Part shown: positions 1 to 9,589 of the stretch, piece after piece | Position numbering within the stretch: the stretch's first letter is position 1 | How the letters are laid out: each line of letters begins with the position of its first letter | Made by a program: the position numbers and the translations under genes | Source of the DNA: an uncultured Acidobacteriota bacterium | GTDB taxonomy: Bacteria; Acidobacteriota; Thermoanaerobaculia; Multivoradales; UBA5704 | Reading direction: 5' to 3' | Assembly: GCA_963770895.1 (NCBI GenBank) | Contig: CAVYRF010000002.1 | Span: forward strand, 512,001 to 576,000 | Length of the DNA stretch: 64,000 bases | Notes under the pieces: model-generated | Databases searched by the model: none | What the model was told of the DNA's origin: nothing | The model's input: only the letters and a program-made list of their open reading frames with translations

Positions 1-1037
1 TCGATGGCCTGGTCATAACGGCGGGCCAGATAGTAGAACCAGCCCGGGTTCATGGCGATCATCCGCTCGGGCTCCAATGCCTCTGCGCGGCTGAGTTCTG
101 CCAGGGCCTCGTCGTGGCGTCCCTGCGCGGCCAGCACCCTCGCCAAGCCGAAGTGTCCTTGCGCACTTCTGCCTTCGAGGCGGACCGCGCGCCGGAACTC
201 TTCTTCGGCGCCGCGCCAGTCGTAGTCGTATTGGAACAGGCGCTGGCCGCGCACCACGGCGGCCACGAAGTTGCTCGGGTCGAGTGCAAGCGCTCGCCCT
301 TCCGCGGCCTCAGCGCTCGCCAGCACATCCCGCGCCGGTTTCCCGGTCCCCAGTATCACCTGGCCGAGGGACGCGAAGGCAGGGGCAGACCGGGGATCGA
401 GCAGGGCCGCCTCTTCGAAACGACCCTTCGCCTGTGCGGTTTCGCCCAGGGCTGCGAGATATTGCCCCTCAAGGTAGCGCTCTTGGCCTGGCGACCCTCC
501 TGCCGGAGCCACGATGCCTGGTGACAACGGCCGCACCAGCCGCGGCACCAGGATGACCGCGATCGGCAGGAGCACGCTGAGCACCAGGGCGAGGCCGCCG
601 GCGGCGGTGAGCGGCGAGCGCCACCGCGCGGTTGGCAGCCGCGGCGCCGGCACCGCCGCGGACATCGGGGCCGCCGCATCGCAATCCACCACCTCGACCC
701 GGGCCAGAAAGCGATAGCCGCGACGGGGAAGGGTGGCCACGAAGCGCGGCTGGGCGGCGGAATCGCCAAGGGCGCGGCGAATCTGGAGAATGGAGAAGTT
801 CAGCGCCAGATCGAAGTCGACATAGGTGTCGCCCCCCCAGACGGCGCGCCGGATCGCGTCTCTACTCACCACCTCCCCCGCCTGCCCGGCGAGGATCTCG
901 AGGACCTTCGCCGGCCGAGGCTGGAGCTTGACAGCGGCACCCGAACGGAAAAGCTCGCCGCTGTCCAGCCTGAGCTCGAATTCTCCGAACCGGAACGAGA
1001 TCGCTCGCCGGCCTGTCGGCGCCTGCGCCATCGCCAT
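1..1037 (-). CDS. CadC/OmpR-type winged-helix DNA-binding protein with TM segment and TPR repeats (3' end runs off the window)
   Basis: Not in the ORF track because it has no stop in the window. Manual translation from ATG at 1037 gives MAMAQ...FRFGEFELRLDSGELFRSGAAVKLQPRPAKVLEILAGQAGEVVSRDAIRRAVWGGDTYVDFDLALNFSILQIRRALGDSAAQPRFVATLPRRGYRF (Trans_reg_C signature), then a hydrophobic stretch and TPR-like ...GWFYYLARRYDQAI at the edge. Confidence 0.88.
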   Translation of the reverse strand, partial: MAMAQAPTGRRAISFRFGEFELRLDSGELFRSGAAVKLQPRPAKVLEILAGQAGEVVSRDAIRRAVWGGDTYVDFDLALNFSILQIRRALGDSAAQPRFVATLPRRGYRFLARVEVVDCDAAAPMSAAVPAPRLPTARWRSPLTAAGGLALVLSVLLPIAVILVPRLVRPLSPGIVAPAGGSPGQERYLEGQYLAALGETAQAKGRFEEAALLDPRSAPAFASLGQVILGTGKPARDVLASAEAAEGRALALDPSNFVAAVVRGQRLFQYDYDWRGAEEEFRRAVRLEGRSAQGHFGLARVLAAQGRHDEALAELSRAEALEPERMIAMNPGWFYYLARRYDQAI

Positions 1038-1202
1038 GTCACACAGCCCCGATACCGTGCCGGAGCGGCCGTCGGGCTGCATCTCCTGAAACTCCATTAT
1101 GGCTCATGCGCGGACCAAGGCACCGCTCATCCAGCGCTCAGGGCAACCCGCCGTCCGGCAAATACGTCTACACCGTGGCGTCCGCGCCTTCAGCGGGCGG
1201 CC

Positions 1203-3458
1203 TCAGCGGATCTCGGCGACGCTTTCGATGCGGTCGCCGGCTTCGATCGCGTCCAGCACGTCGGCCCCGGCGATCACCTCGCCGAAGGCGGTGTAGCCGC
1301 CGTCCAGGTGCGGCTGCGGCGACAGGGTGACGAAGAACTGGCTGCCGCCGGTGTCGGCGCCGGCCAGCGCCATGCCCACCACGCCGCGCCGGTAGCGCAG
1401 GCGGTTGATCTCGTCGCGCAGGGTGTAGCCGGGGCCGCCGTAGCCGTCGCCGCGCGGGTCGCCGGCCTGCACCACGAAGTCGGGGACGACGCGGTGGAAC
1501 AGCAGCCCGTCGTAGAAATGCTGGCGGGCCAGCTCGAGAAAATTCAAGCAGGTGCGCGGCGCCAGCGGGCAGTCGAGCCGGATGCGGAAGGGGCCGCGGC
1601 TGGTGCGCACCTCGACGACCTGCTGCCGCCGGGTGCGCTCGATGACCTGCCGGTAGACGTCGATGCCCTGCGGCATCGTCCCGGCCGCCGCATCCAGCGT
1701 CGGGTCCAGCCGCGGCGCCGGCCGCCCCAGGCCGACCAGCGCCGCCGAAGCTTCCCGCCGCAGCACGTAGCTGCTCTGGCCGCCGACCTGTTCGAGCAGC
1801 GCCACCAGGGCTCCCCGCTCGCGCGGCTGGGCCGCGGCGCGCGCCGCCAGCGCCTTGATCGCGCCCAGCGGCGATTCGATCGAGCCGTCGCCCAGCGACG
1901 TCGTCAGGGCCGGCGCCAGCAGCGCGAGCGGCGCCACCGGGTGGTCGCTCAGCCACTCGAGCGCCGTGGTCCGCACCCCCTCGTCCGCGTCGCGCAGCGC
2001 CGCCCGCGCGAAGGCGCCCGCCGTACCGCCGCCATCCAGTCCGCCGCCCCCGCCGCCCAACGCCGGCGCCCCCGCGGTGGCCGCGGCCGCCGCCGCCGGC
2101 GTCTTGCCCGGCGCCAGCCGTGCGCTCAGCACCGTCTCGCGCACCGCCGGGCTGGGGTCGCCGCTCAGCCGCACCAGCAGCGCACCCGGGCCGCACCAAC
2201 CCGCCGCCTCCGCCGCCCGCGCCCGCAGCTGCGGCACGATCGAGTCCGCCATGGCGGCGGCGAGCGCCGGCGCCCGCGCATCGCCGGCCTTGGCCAGCGC
2301 CACCAGCGCCAATCCCCGCTCCACGTCGGCCGGCGCCCGGCCGGTCTTTGCCGGTGCGGTGCCGCCGGCCGGCGCCTCACCGACTGGCGGGGCGGGCGGG
2401 ACGGCGGCGGCCAGGGTCGCCAGGGCGGCGCCCAGCGCCGGATCGGGACCGCGCAGCCAGGCGGCCGACGCCTCGATGGCGCTGACCCGGACGCCGGCGC
2501 GCGGGTCGGCCAGCAGCTCGAGCAGGCGCGGACCCCACGCCGCGCCGGCGCCGCCGCGGCCGGCGGCGGTGAGCGGCACGGCGGCGCGCAGCGCCTCGAT
2601 CACCGGCGCCGCCGCGGCATCGGCCAGCAGCGGCGCCAGCACGTCCAGGTCGGCCGCGGTGCCGACCTTGCCCAGACCGCGCGCCGCCCAGGCCCTCACC
2701 TGCGGGTCGCCGTCGCCGATCAGGCGCCGCAGCAGCGGCGCCGCCGCCGGCAGCGGATCGCGCGCCAAGGCATAGGCCGCCTGCCGGTGCAGCTCGGGGT
2801 CCGCCAGGCCCAGGCCGTGCTCCGCCAGCGGCAGCAGCGCCTCCTCCTTGAAGCGGAACAGGTACGGCAGCAGGCGCGGCCAGCGCTCCTCGTCGGGCAG
2901 CCCCAGCAGCTGCTCGCCGACCTGCACCAGCGGCGTCGCCAGCCGACCCAGCGCCTCGACCGCCAGGGCGCCGGTCTCACGGTCGGCGTCGCGCTCCGCC
3001 TTGAGCAGCGCCGGCCGCGCCTCCGGGTCGCCCAGCAGCCCCAGGCCGAAGGCCGCCTCGCGCCGCACCTCGGGCCGCTCGTCGATCAGCAGCCCTTCCA
3101 GCACCGACCGGCCGTCGCGGTCCGGCGTCCGGCCCAGAGCCGCCGCCAGCTGGACGCGCAGCTCGGGCCCACCCTTGAGCGCCTGCAACACGGTGACCGA
3201 TTCGTAGGTGCGCCGCTCCTGCATCAGCAGCAGCATCGCCAGCAGGTCGCGGTCCGGCGTCGCCACCGCCGGCAGATCGGCAGCCGCGGCCGTCCTGCCT
3301 GCCGCCGACCGACCGCCGGGAGCCCCGGACCCCGCCGCCGCCCCCTCTGCCCTCGCCAGGCAGACCAGGGCGACCGCCATCGCCATCCCGACCGCCATCG
3401 CCATCATCGTCGGGCGGCGCACGGCGACAGAGCAGAAGTTCACAGGCATGCGCGCCAT
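1203..3458 (-). CDS. Exported HEAT-repeat protein with C-terminal cyclophilin-type peptidyl-prolyl isomerase
   Basis: Signal-like N-terminus, HEAT repeats (VRREAAFGLG, VRAWAARGLG) and C-terminal FHRVVPDFVVQAGDPRGDGYGGPG...GGSQFFVTLSPQPHLDGGYTAFG. The true start may be a downstream Met. Confidence 0.9.
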   Translation of the reverse strand: MARMPVNFCSVAVRRPTMMAMAVGMAMAVALVCLARAEGAAAGSGAPGGRSAAGRTAAAADLPAVATPDRDLLAMLLLMQERRTYESVTVLQALKGGPELRVQLAAALGRTPDRDGRSVLEGLLIDERPEVRREAAFGLGLLGDPEARPALLKAERDADRETGALAVEALGRLATPLVQVGEQLLGLPDEERWPRLLPYLFRFKEEALLPLAEHGLGLADPELHRQAAYALARDPLPAAAPLLRRLIGDGDPQVRAWAARGLGKVGTAADLDVLAPLLADAAAAPVIEALRAAVPLTAAGRGGAGAAWGPRLLELLADPRAGVRVSAIEASAAWLRGPDPALGAALATLAAAVPPAPPVGEAPAGGTAPAKTGRAPADVERGLALVALAKAGDARAPALAAAMADSIVPQLRARAAEAAGWCGPGALLVRLSGDPSPAVRETVLSARLAPGKTPAAAAAATAGAPALGGGGGGLDGGGTAGAFARAALRDADEGVRTTALEWLSDHPVAPLALLAPALTTSLGDGSIESPLGAIKALAARAAAQPRERGALVALLEQVGGQSSYVLRREASAALVGLGRPAPRLDPTLDAAAGTMPQGIDVYRQVIERTRRQQVVEVRTSRGPFRIRLDCPLAPRTCLNFLELARQHFYDGLLFHRVVPDFVVQAGDPRGDGYGGPGYTLRDEINRLRYRRGVVGMALAGADTGGSQFFVTLSPQPHLDGGYTAFGEVIAGADVLDAIEAGDRIESVAEIR

Positions 3459-3503
3459 GCTACGTCCGGGCGCCGCCGGGCGGCAAGGTTATACTCGCCG
3501 CCC

Positions 3504-4163
3504 ATGTCTGCCGCCCTGCGCTTCACCGGGCTGTCCCGGCAGTACGGCCGGCTGGCGGTGCTGTCCGGCGTGTCGGCGGCGGTCGCCGCCGGCCAGACGC
3601 TGCTGGTCACCGGCCGCAACGGCGCCGGCAAGAGCACGCTGCTGCGCTGCCTGGCCGGCCTGCTGCCGCCCGACGCGGGGACCATCGACTACCAGGAAGC
3701 CGGCCGCACGCTCGACGCCGCGGAGCGCCGCCGCCACGTCGGCCTGGTGGCGCCCGACCTGGCGCTCTACGGCGAGCTGACGGTGGCCGAAAACCTGGAC
3801 TTCTTCGCCCGCCTGCGCGGCCTGGCGCGGCCCAACGCCGCCGCCGCGGCGCTCCTGGCGCGCCTGCAGCTGCCCGCCCGCCAGCTCGCGGCGACGCTCT
3901 CTTCCGGCCAGCGCCAGCGCCTGCGCTGGGCGTGGGCGCTGCTCCACCGCCCGCGCCTGCTGCTGCTGGACGAACCGTTTCAGAACCTGGACGCCGCCGG
4001 ATTCGCGGTCACCCGCGCCCTGCTCGCCGAGCACCTCGACGGCAGCCTGGACGGCCCCGGTCCCGGCCCCGCCGGCGGCGGCGCGCCGGGCCTGGCCGTG
4101 ATCGCCAGCCCGGTGCCCCTGGAGATCGATCGCGTTGCGGTCACCCTCGACCTGGACCGCTGA
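3504..4163 (+). CDS. ccmA: Heme exporter ATP-binding subunit CcmA
   Basis: C-terminal part of ORF 1308..4163 from ATG 3504. Walker A GRNGAGKST, signature LSSGQ, Walker B LLLLDEP. First gene of the ccm cluster. Confidence 0.88.
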   Translation: MSAALRFTGLSRQYGRLAVLSGVSAAVAAGQTLLVTGRNGAGKSTLLRCLAGLLPPDAGTIDYQEAGRTLDAAERRRHVGLVAPDLALYGELTVAENLDFFARLRGLARPNAAAAALLARLQLPARQLAATLSSGQRQRLRWAWALLHRPRLLLLDEPFQNLDAAGFAVTRALLAEHLDGSLDGPGPGPAGGGAPGLAVIASPVPLEIDRVAVTLDLDR

Positions 4164-4818
4164 GGCCGCCGCGGTGTTCGTCAAGGAGTGGCGCTGCGAG
4201 CTGCGCACTCGCTACGCGCTCAACACCCTGGCCCTCTTCGCCATCACCACCCTGGTGGTGGTGAGCGCCAGCCTGGGCCCCCTGGGAGCCGCCCCCGGCA
4301 AGGCGAGCGAGACGCTGCCGGTCCTGCTGTGGCTCATCCTGCTGTTTGCCGCCGCCGCCGGCCTGCCGCGCTCGTTCGTCCACGAAGAGGAGTCGCAGAC
4401 CGCCACCGCCCTGCGCCTGGCGGCCACGCCGTCGGCCCTCTTCTGCGGCAAGCTGGTCTATTCGCTCACCCTGCTGGCGACCGTCGAGGCGCTGGTCACG
4501 CCGCTCTACCTGGCGGTGATGAACCTGGACGTGACGCGCCCCGGCCTGCTGGTGGTGACGCTGGCGGCGGGCGGCGTCGGCCTGGCGGCCGGGAGCACGC
4601 TGGTGGCGGCGATCATTGCCCAGGCGCGCGGCAAGGGGACGCTCTTCGCGGTGCTATCGTTTCCGGTGCTCCTGCCGCTGCTGCTGCTGGCGGTCGAGCT
4701 GACGCGCGGCGCCTTTGCCGGCGGCCCTCCAGGGGTTGCGCTGATGCAGCTTTTCCTATACGATGCGACCATCATCACCGCTGGATTCATGCTGTTCCCG
4801 GTAGTATGGAACCCGTGA
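4135..4818 (+). CDS. ccmB: Heme exporter permease CcmB
   Basis: KEWRCELRTR N-terminus, multiple TM segments, LSFPVLLPLL motif, position between ccmA and ccmC. Confidence 0.88.
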   Translation: MRSPSTWTAEAAAVFVKEWRCELRTRYALNTLALFAITTLVVVSASLGPLGAAPGKASETLPVLLWLILLFAAAAGLPRSFVHEEESQTATALRLAATPSALFCGKLVYSLTLLATVEALVTPLYLAVMNLDVTRPGLLVVTLAAGGVGLAAGSTLVAAIIAQARGKGTLFAVLSFPVLLPLLLLAVELTRGAFAGGPPGVALMQLFLYDATIITAGFMLFPVVWNP

Positions 4819-5537
4819 AGCGAACGATCGCCACCTGGGGTTTGTGGTTGTGGATCGCCCTGACGATCTACGGCGCCTTCGACTATGCGCCGCTGGCCGC
4901 CAAATTCATCGGCCAGTCCAGCCGCATCCTGTTCTTCCACGTGCCGATGGCGTGGTCGTCGTTCGTCGCCTTCATCGCCGCCGGCGTCTACAGCCTGCTC
5001 TACCTGTTCGGCGGCCGCCGGCAGCGGCACGACCTGGCCGCCCGCGCCGCCGTCGAGCTGGGCCTGCTGTTCGGCCTGCTGGCGACGATCACCGGCGCGC
5101 TGTGGGCGCGCATCATGTGGGGCGCCTATTGGAATTGGGACCCGCGTCAGACCTCGATCGTCCTGGCGCTGCTGTTCAACGGCGCCTACCTGGCGCTGCG
5201 CGACGCGGTGGAAGACGGCGAAAAGCGCTCTCGCCTGGCCGCCGCCTACGCCGCGCTGGGGCTGGTGGTGACGCCGTTCTTCTTCTTCGTGGTGCCGCGG
5301 ATCACCTATTCGCTGCACCCCGACGCGGTGATCAACACCCGCGGCAAGGTCGAAATGGAGCCGCGCATGCTGCTGGTGCTGCTGGCCGGCGCCGCCGGCT
5401 TCACCGCCCTCTTCTTCTGGCTGCACAGCCTGCGCACCCGCCTGCTGAGCCTGGCCGAGCGCCGCGCCGCGGCCGCGGTGCGCGCCGCCGCCCAACAGCA
5501 TCCCGACCGCATGGCAAGCGGCCAGCTGGCGAGCTGA
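4815..5537 (+). CDS. ccmC: Cytochrome c biogenesis protein CcmC
   Basis: FFHVP and WWD motif GALWARIMWGAYWNWDPRQTS, plus SLHP. GTG start overlaps the ccmB stop (GTGA). Confidence 0.92.
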   Translation: MKRTIATWGLWLWIALTIYGAFDYAPLAAKFIGQSSRILFFHVPMAWSSFVAFIAAGVYSLLYLFGGRRQRHDLAARAAVELGLLFGLLATITGALWARIMWGAYWNWDPRQTSIVLALLFNGAYLALRDAVEDGEKRSRLAAAYAALGLVVTPFFFFVVPRITYSLHPDAVINTRGKVEMEPRMLLVLLAGAAGFTALFFWLHSLRTRLLSLAERRAAAAVRAAAQQHPDRMASGQLAS

Positions 5538-5592
5538 CGGGCGGTACACCGGTTCCCGACGACCACGACGCGACCAGGCGAAAGGTGATCAG

Positions 5593-5721
5593 ATGGCGGT
5601 AAGCGGCGGCATCCAATGGGTTTTGGCGGTCAACCTCATCATCTGGACCGGCCTGTTCCTGTACCTGCGGCGCCTGGATCGCAACCTCCGCGCACTGGAA
5701 GACAAAGAGGGCAAACCATGA
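5593..5721 (+). CDS. ccmD: CcmD-like small membrane protein (42 aa)
   Basis: Below the ORF-track cutoff. MAVSGGIQWVLAVNLIIWTGLFLYLRRLDRNLRALEDKEGKP has one TM helix and a charged tail. Its stop overlaps the ccmE ATG (ATGA). Confidence 0.82.
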   Translation: MAVSGGIQWVLAVNLIIWTGLFLYLRRLDRNLRALEDKEGKP

Positions 5722-6119
5722 ACAAGAACCATCGCCTCTACCTGCTGGGCGCGTTGCTGCTGCTGGTCTTCGCCGGCTTTTCGCTGACCTCGTTCCGCGA
5801 CGCCCTCACCCCCTACGTCAGCTACCAGCAGGCGCGCGACGCCAACCGCGTGGTGCAGGTGGCCGGCGCGCTGCAAAAGGGCAGCTCCGCCTTCGAATCC
5901 GCCGACAGCTCGATGCTGTTCACCCTGCGCGACCCCAAGAGCCACGACACCGTGCGGGTGCGGTACCACGGCCTGCGCCCGGCCAACTTCGAGGATGCCA
6001 TCAGCATCGTCGCCATCGGCCGCTACGACGCGCAGGCCAAGGAATTCGCCGCCAACAAGCTGCTGGTCAAGTGCCCCAGCAAGTACCAGGGAGCCGAAGT
6101 CGAAAAGACCTACAGCTGA
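5718..6119 (+). CDS. ccmE: Heme chaperone CcmE, CxxxY variant
   Basis: N-terminal TM and C-terminal LLVKCPSKY heme-binding motif. Confidence 0.9.
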   Translation: MNKNHRLYLLGALLLLVFAGFSLTSFRDALTPYVSYQQARDANRVVQVAGALQKGSSAFESADSSMLFTLRDPKSHDTVRVRYHGLRPANFEDAISIVAIGRYDAQAKEFAANKLLVKCPSKYQGAEVEKTYS

Positions 6120-6245
6120 GCCTCGCCGGCGACCTGGCGACCCCGGCGACCCCGGAGAGCACCGGCCGCCAGCCCGCTTCCCGGCGGCGGCCCGCACCAC
6201 CAGACCTGATGCCCTGACGGACCGACCCCGACGGAGACCGCGACC

Positions 6246-8477
6246 GTGGACTACCTGACCCACCTCTACCTGCCCGGCGCCCTGGCGCTGTGGTGCGCGC
6301 TCGCCTTCGCCGTGTCGTCGCTGTGGGGCTACACGATGGTGCTGCGCGGCGACGGCACGGCGCTCGCCTTCGCCCGCCGCTCCTACGGCTTCTTCGCCGC
6401 CGCGGTGGCGATCGCCGCCGGGCTGCTGCTGCTGCTGCTCGCCCTGCGCGACTTCCGCATCGACTACGTGTATCGCTACTCGGGGCTCGACCTGCCGGGC
6501 CACTACCAGCTGGCCGCCTTCTGGGCGGGCCAGCAGGGCAGCTTCATGATCTGGCTGATCTGGGGGGCGCTGCTCGGCCTGCCGCTGCTGCGCAGCGCCG
6601 GCCGCTCCGAACCGGGGGTGATGGGGATCTACCTGCTCACCCTGCTCGGGCTGGTCTTCATCCTGGTGCGCCAGAACCCCTTCGCCATGCGGCTGGACGC
6701 GCCGCTCGACGGCCAGGGGCTCAACCCGCTGCTGCAGGACAACTGGATGGTCATCCATCCGCCGATCATGTTCATCGGCTTCGCGCTGTCCGCGATCCCG
6801 TTTTCGTTCGCCATGGCGGCGCTGTGGACGCGGCGCTTCGACAGCTGGGCGGCGCGCGCCTTCCCCTGGGCGCTGGGCGGCTTCCTGGTCCTGGGCACCG
6901 CCATCCTGATGGGCGGCTACTGGGCCTACAAGACGCTCGGCTGGGGCGGCTTCTGGGGCTGGGACCCGGTCGAAAACGCCTCCTTCGTGCCGTTTCTGTT
7001 CGCCACCGTGCTGATTCACGGCCTCCACCTGGAGCGCACCCGCGGCCGCTACCGGCGCGCCAACTTCGTGCTCGCCACGCTGCAGTTCATGGCGGTGCTC
7101 TACGGCACCTTCCTGACCCGCTCCGGCGTGCTCGCCGACTTCTCGGTGCACAGCTTTGTCGACCTGGGCCTGTCGGGCTGGCTGGTCGGCATCATGGGCA
7201 CCTTCGCGCTGCTGTCGGCGTGGCTGCTGGCAACCCGCCTGCGCCTGGTGCCGACCGCCCCCAACGAGGACCCGGTGCTGTCGCGCGGCACCTTCATGGT
7301 CCTGGCGACCATCACCCTGGGGATCGCGGCGCTGGTCATCCTGGCGGGCACGTCGGCGCCGCTTTTGACCCGCTTCATGGCGACGCCGGGCCAGGTGGGG
7401 CCGGCGTTCTACAACCGCGTCAACCTGCCGATCGCGCTGCTGATCGCCTGGCTGCTGGCGCTGGTGCCCTACCTCACCTGGCGCGGCGAAACGGCGCCCA
7501 GGGACATCGCCCGCAAGCTCATCGGGCCGGGCATCTTCGCCCTGGCGGCGACCGTCGGCGCCGCGATCTGGCGGGTGGACCAGCCGCTGCACCTGCTGTT
7601 CGTGCTGCTCGCCACCCTGGCCTTCGCCAGCAACCTGCAAAAGGTCTGGCAGATGGCGCGCAACGGCGGCCTGGCGTCGGCAGGCGGCTACCTGGCCCAC
7701 GTCGGCGTCGGCATCATCCTGATCGGCGTGCTGGCCTCGTCGGGCTACGACCGCGGCGAAAAGGTGACCTTGGTGCGCGGCGTGCCGCAGCAGGTGGGCG
7801 ACATGAGCCTCACGTTCGTGCGCTACCTGCCGCGCCAGGGGCGCGAAAAGGAGCGCATGGAAGTCGAAGTGGCGCGCCACGGCGAACGCTTCAAGGTGTA
7901 CCCGAAGTTCTTCGTCAACCCGCGCACGCAGCAGCTGATGGTCAACCCGGACATCCGCACCTTCGCGCTGATGGACCTCTACGTATCGCCCATCGAATAC
8001 GACCCGGGCCAGCCGCGCCTGGAGCTGGCGCAGGGTGAGACCGGCGCCTTGGGACAGACCCGCGTCCACTTCGTGCGCTTCGACCTGCAGGCCGAAGGCA
8101 ACGCCATGGCCCAGATGGCGGCCGGGCGGACCATCACCATCGGCGCCACGGTCGAAGTCACCCGCGCCGGCCAGACCGTCACCGTCCGCCCGCTCTACCG
8201 CTTCAATCCGGCCGACGGCAGCGTCCAGTCTCCCAGCACGCCGCTGCCGGGCGGCGCCGCAGTGGCCATCGCCGGCATCGACGCCAGCAAGCAAAAGATA
8301 GTGCTGGACCTGCCCGGCCTGGGCACCCCCGCCAAGCTGTCGCTCGACGTCACCCGCAAGCCGCTCATCGGGTTGGTCTGGGGCGGCCTCTACGTGGTCC
8401 TGGCCGGCGGCGTCCTGTCGGCGATCCAGCGCCTGCGCCAGGCCCGCAAGCTGGAAGCGCTGGGCAAGCTGGCCTGA
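6246..8477 (+). CDS. ccmF: Cytochrome c synthetase / heme lyase CcmF
   Basis: GLNPLLQ, IHPP, WAYKTLGWGGFWGWDPVENAS, TRSG...SVHSF and GGYLAHVG motifs. Confidence 0.95.
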   Translation: MDYLTHLYLPGALALWCALAFAVSSLWGYTMVLRGDGTALAFARRSYGFFAAAVAIAAGLLLLLLALRDFRIDYVYRYSGLDLPGHYQLAAFWAGQQGSFMIWLIWGALLGLPLLRSAGRSEPGVMGIYLLTLLGLVFILVRQNPFAMRLDAPLDGQGLNPLLQDNWMVIHPPIMFIGFALSAIPFSFAMAALWTRRFDSWAARAFPWALGGFLVLGTAILMGGYWAYKTLGWGGFWGWDPVENASFVPFLFATVLIHGLHLERTRGRYRRANFVLATLQFMAVLYGTFLTRSGVLADFSVHSFVDLGLSGWLVGIMGTFALLSAWLLATRLRLVPTAPNEDPVLSRGTFMVLATITLGIAALVILAGTSAPLLTRFMATPGQVGPAFYNRVNLPIALLIAWLLALVPYLTWRGETAPRDIARKLIGPGIFALAATVGAAIWRVDQPLHLLFVLLATLAFASNLQKVWQMARNGGLASAGGYLAHVGVGIILIGVLASSGYDRGEKVTLVRGVPQQVGDMSLTFVRYLPRQGREKERMEVEVARHGERFKVYPKFFVNPRTQQLMVNPDIRTFALMDLYVSPIEYDPGQPRLELAQGETGALGQTRVHFVRFDLQAEGNAMAQMAAGRTITIGATVEVTRAGQTVTVRPLYRFNPADGSVQSPSTPLPGGAAVAIAGIDASKQKIVLDLPGLGTPAKLSLDVTRKPLIGLVWGGLYVVLAGGVLSAIQRLRQARKLEALGKLA

Positions 8478-8510
8478 TCGGCACGTCGCCGGCAGCGCCG
8501 GCAGGCGCCT

Positions 8511-9554
8511 TCAACGCCGCCAGGGCAGCAGCCGCCGCCAGCGGCCCATGCCCGGCGCCGCCAACCCCGGCAGCGCGGCCGGCAGCTGCCGGTCCAGCAG
8601 GTCGATCCAGCACCGGCGCACCGCCTCGGGGGTGACGCCGGCGGCGCGCCGGCGGCCGTTGTCGACCATGGCCAGGTAGAGCGCCGGGTCGCCCAGCAGC
8701 CGGCCCACCGCCTGCCGCGCCTGGCGCGGCGTCGCGATCTCCAGGTAGTCCAGCGGCGATTGGCGCAGCTCGCGGAACGCCACGTCGGGCCCCAGCAGGG
8801 CGGGCACGCCCGCCAGCCAGGCGTTGCTCAGCTTGGTCGCCGGCTTGGTGTCGCCGCGCCCCAGCCGCCGCGGCCGCACCGCCACCACCAGGTCGACGTC
8901 GCGAAAGTCCGGCCATTCGAGCGCATCGCTGCGCGTCGCCCGCTCGGCGAAAGCCACCGAATCGACCACCCAGTCGATGCCCCGCGCGGCCAGAAAGTGC
9001 CGCCACGCCGCGGATCGGAAGTAAGGGTGGAGGTTGCGGTCGAAGCCCTTGTAGGCGGCGCGCGCCACCGTGGCGCCGCGCGCCGGGTCGCGCGGCAAAA
9101 GCCCCGGCTGCGGCCAGTGCGGCACGAAGAAGCTGCGCCGGCCGTCGGCCGTGCGCGCGTTCTGCACCACCTCGAAATCCGCCACCGCCGCCGCCTTGAG
9201 ATCGCCGCGGATGCCCACCAGCACGCGGGCCTCGCTGCCGACGTCGCCGCCGCCCGCTCCACGCCCGCTCGCCGCCGCCCCGCCCGCCTGGCGCCCAGCC
9301 CTGCGCCCCCGCGGCGCGCTCTCTGCGTCGACCAGCCGCTCGACCACCTGCCGCTGCTTGGAATGGAAGACCACCAGCCCCGCCGCCGGCAGGGTTGCCG
9401 CGAGCCGCGCCGGATAGCCGGCCTGCGCCAGCCGCAGCCAGGTTTGCAGCACCCAGGCGCGCTCGCCGCGCTGCAGCTCCCGCCAGTCGCGATCGGGGTC
9501 CAGGCCGCGCAGCCGCTCCAGCTCGGGGTCGTCGAGGAAAAACGTCACCTGCAC
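8511..9554 (-). CDS. Putative GT-B glycosyltransferase
   Basis: C-terminal part of ORF 8511..10397. PHWPQPGLLPRD and KPATKLSNAWLAGVPALLGP resemble a GT-B C-terminal domain. Start (GTG 9554) is uncertain. Confidence 0.65.
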   Translation of the reverse strand: MQVTFFLDDPELERLRGLDPDRDWRELQRGERAWVLQTWLRLAQAGYPARLAATLPAAGLVVFHSKQRQVVERLVDAESAPRGRRAGRQAGGAAASGRGAGGGDVGSEARVLVGIRGDLKAAAVADFEVVQNARTADGRRSFFVPHWPQPGLLPRDPARGATVARAAYKGFDRNLHPYFRSAAWRHFLAARGIDWVVDSVAFAERATRSDALEWPDFRDVDLVVAVRPRRLGRGDTKPATKLSNAWLAGVPALLGPDVAFRELRQSPLDYLEIATPRQARQAVGRLLGDPALYLAMVDNGRRRAAGVTPEAVRRCWIDLLDRQLPAALPGLAAPGMGRWRRLLPWRR

Positions 9555-9589
9555 GAGCGCATGCTCGACACTGGCAGCCCGGTCACCTG

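Noticed and set aside
1308-3503. Apparent 730-aa N-terminal extension of CcmA
   Set aside because: It is antisense to the HEAT-cyclophilin gene; ABC ATPase similarity starts at ATG 3504.
6125-6156. Short GGCGACC(C/T) triple repeat between ccmE and ccmF
   Set aside because: Too short and GC-rich to distinguish from the slippage-type microrepeats that are common throughout this window.
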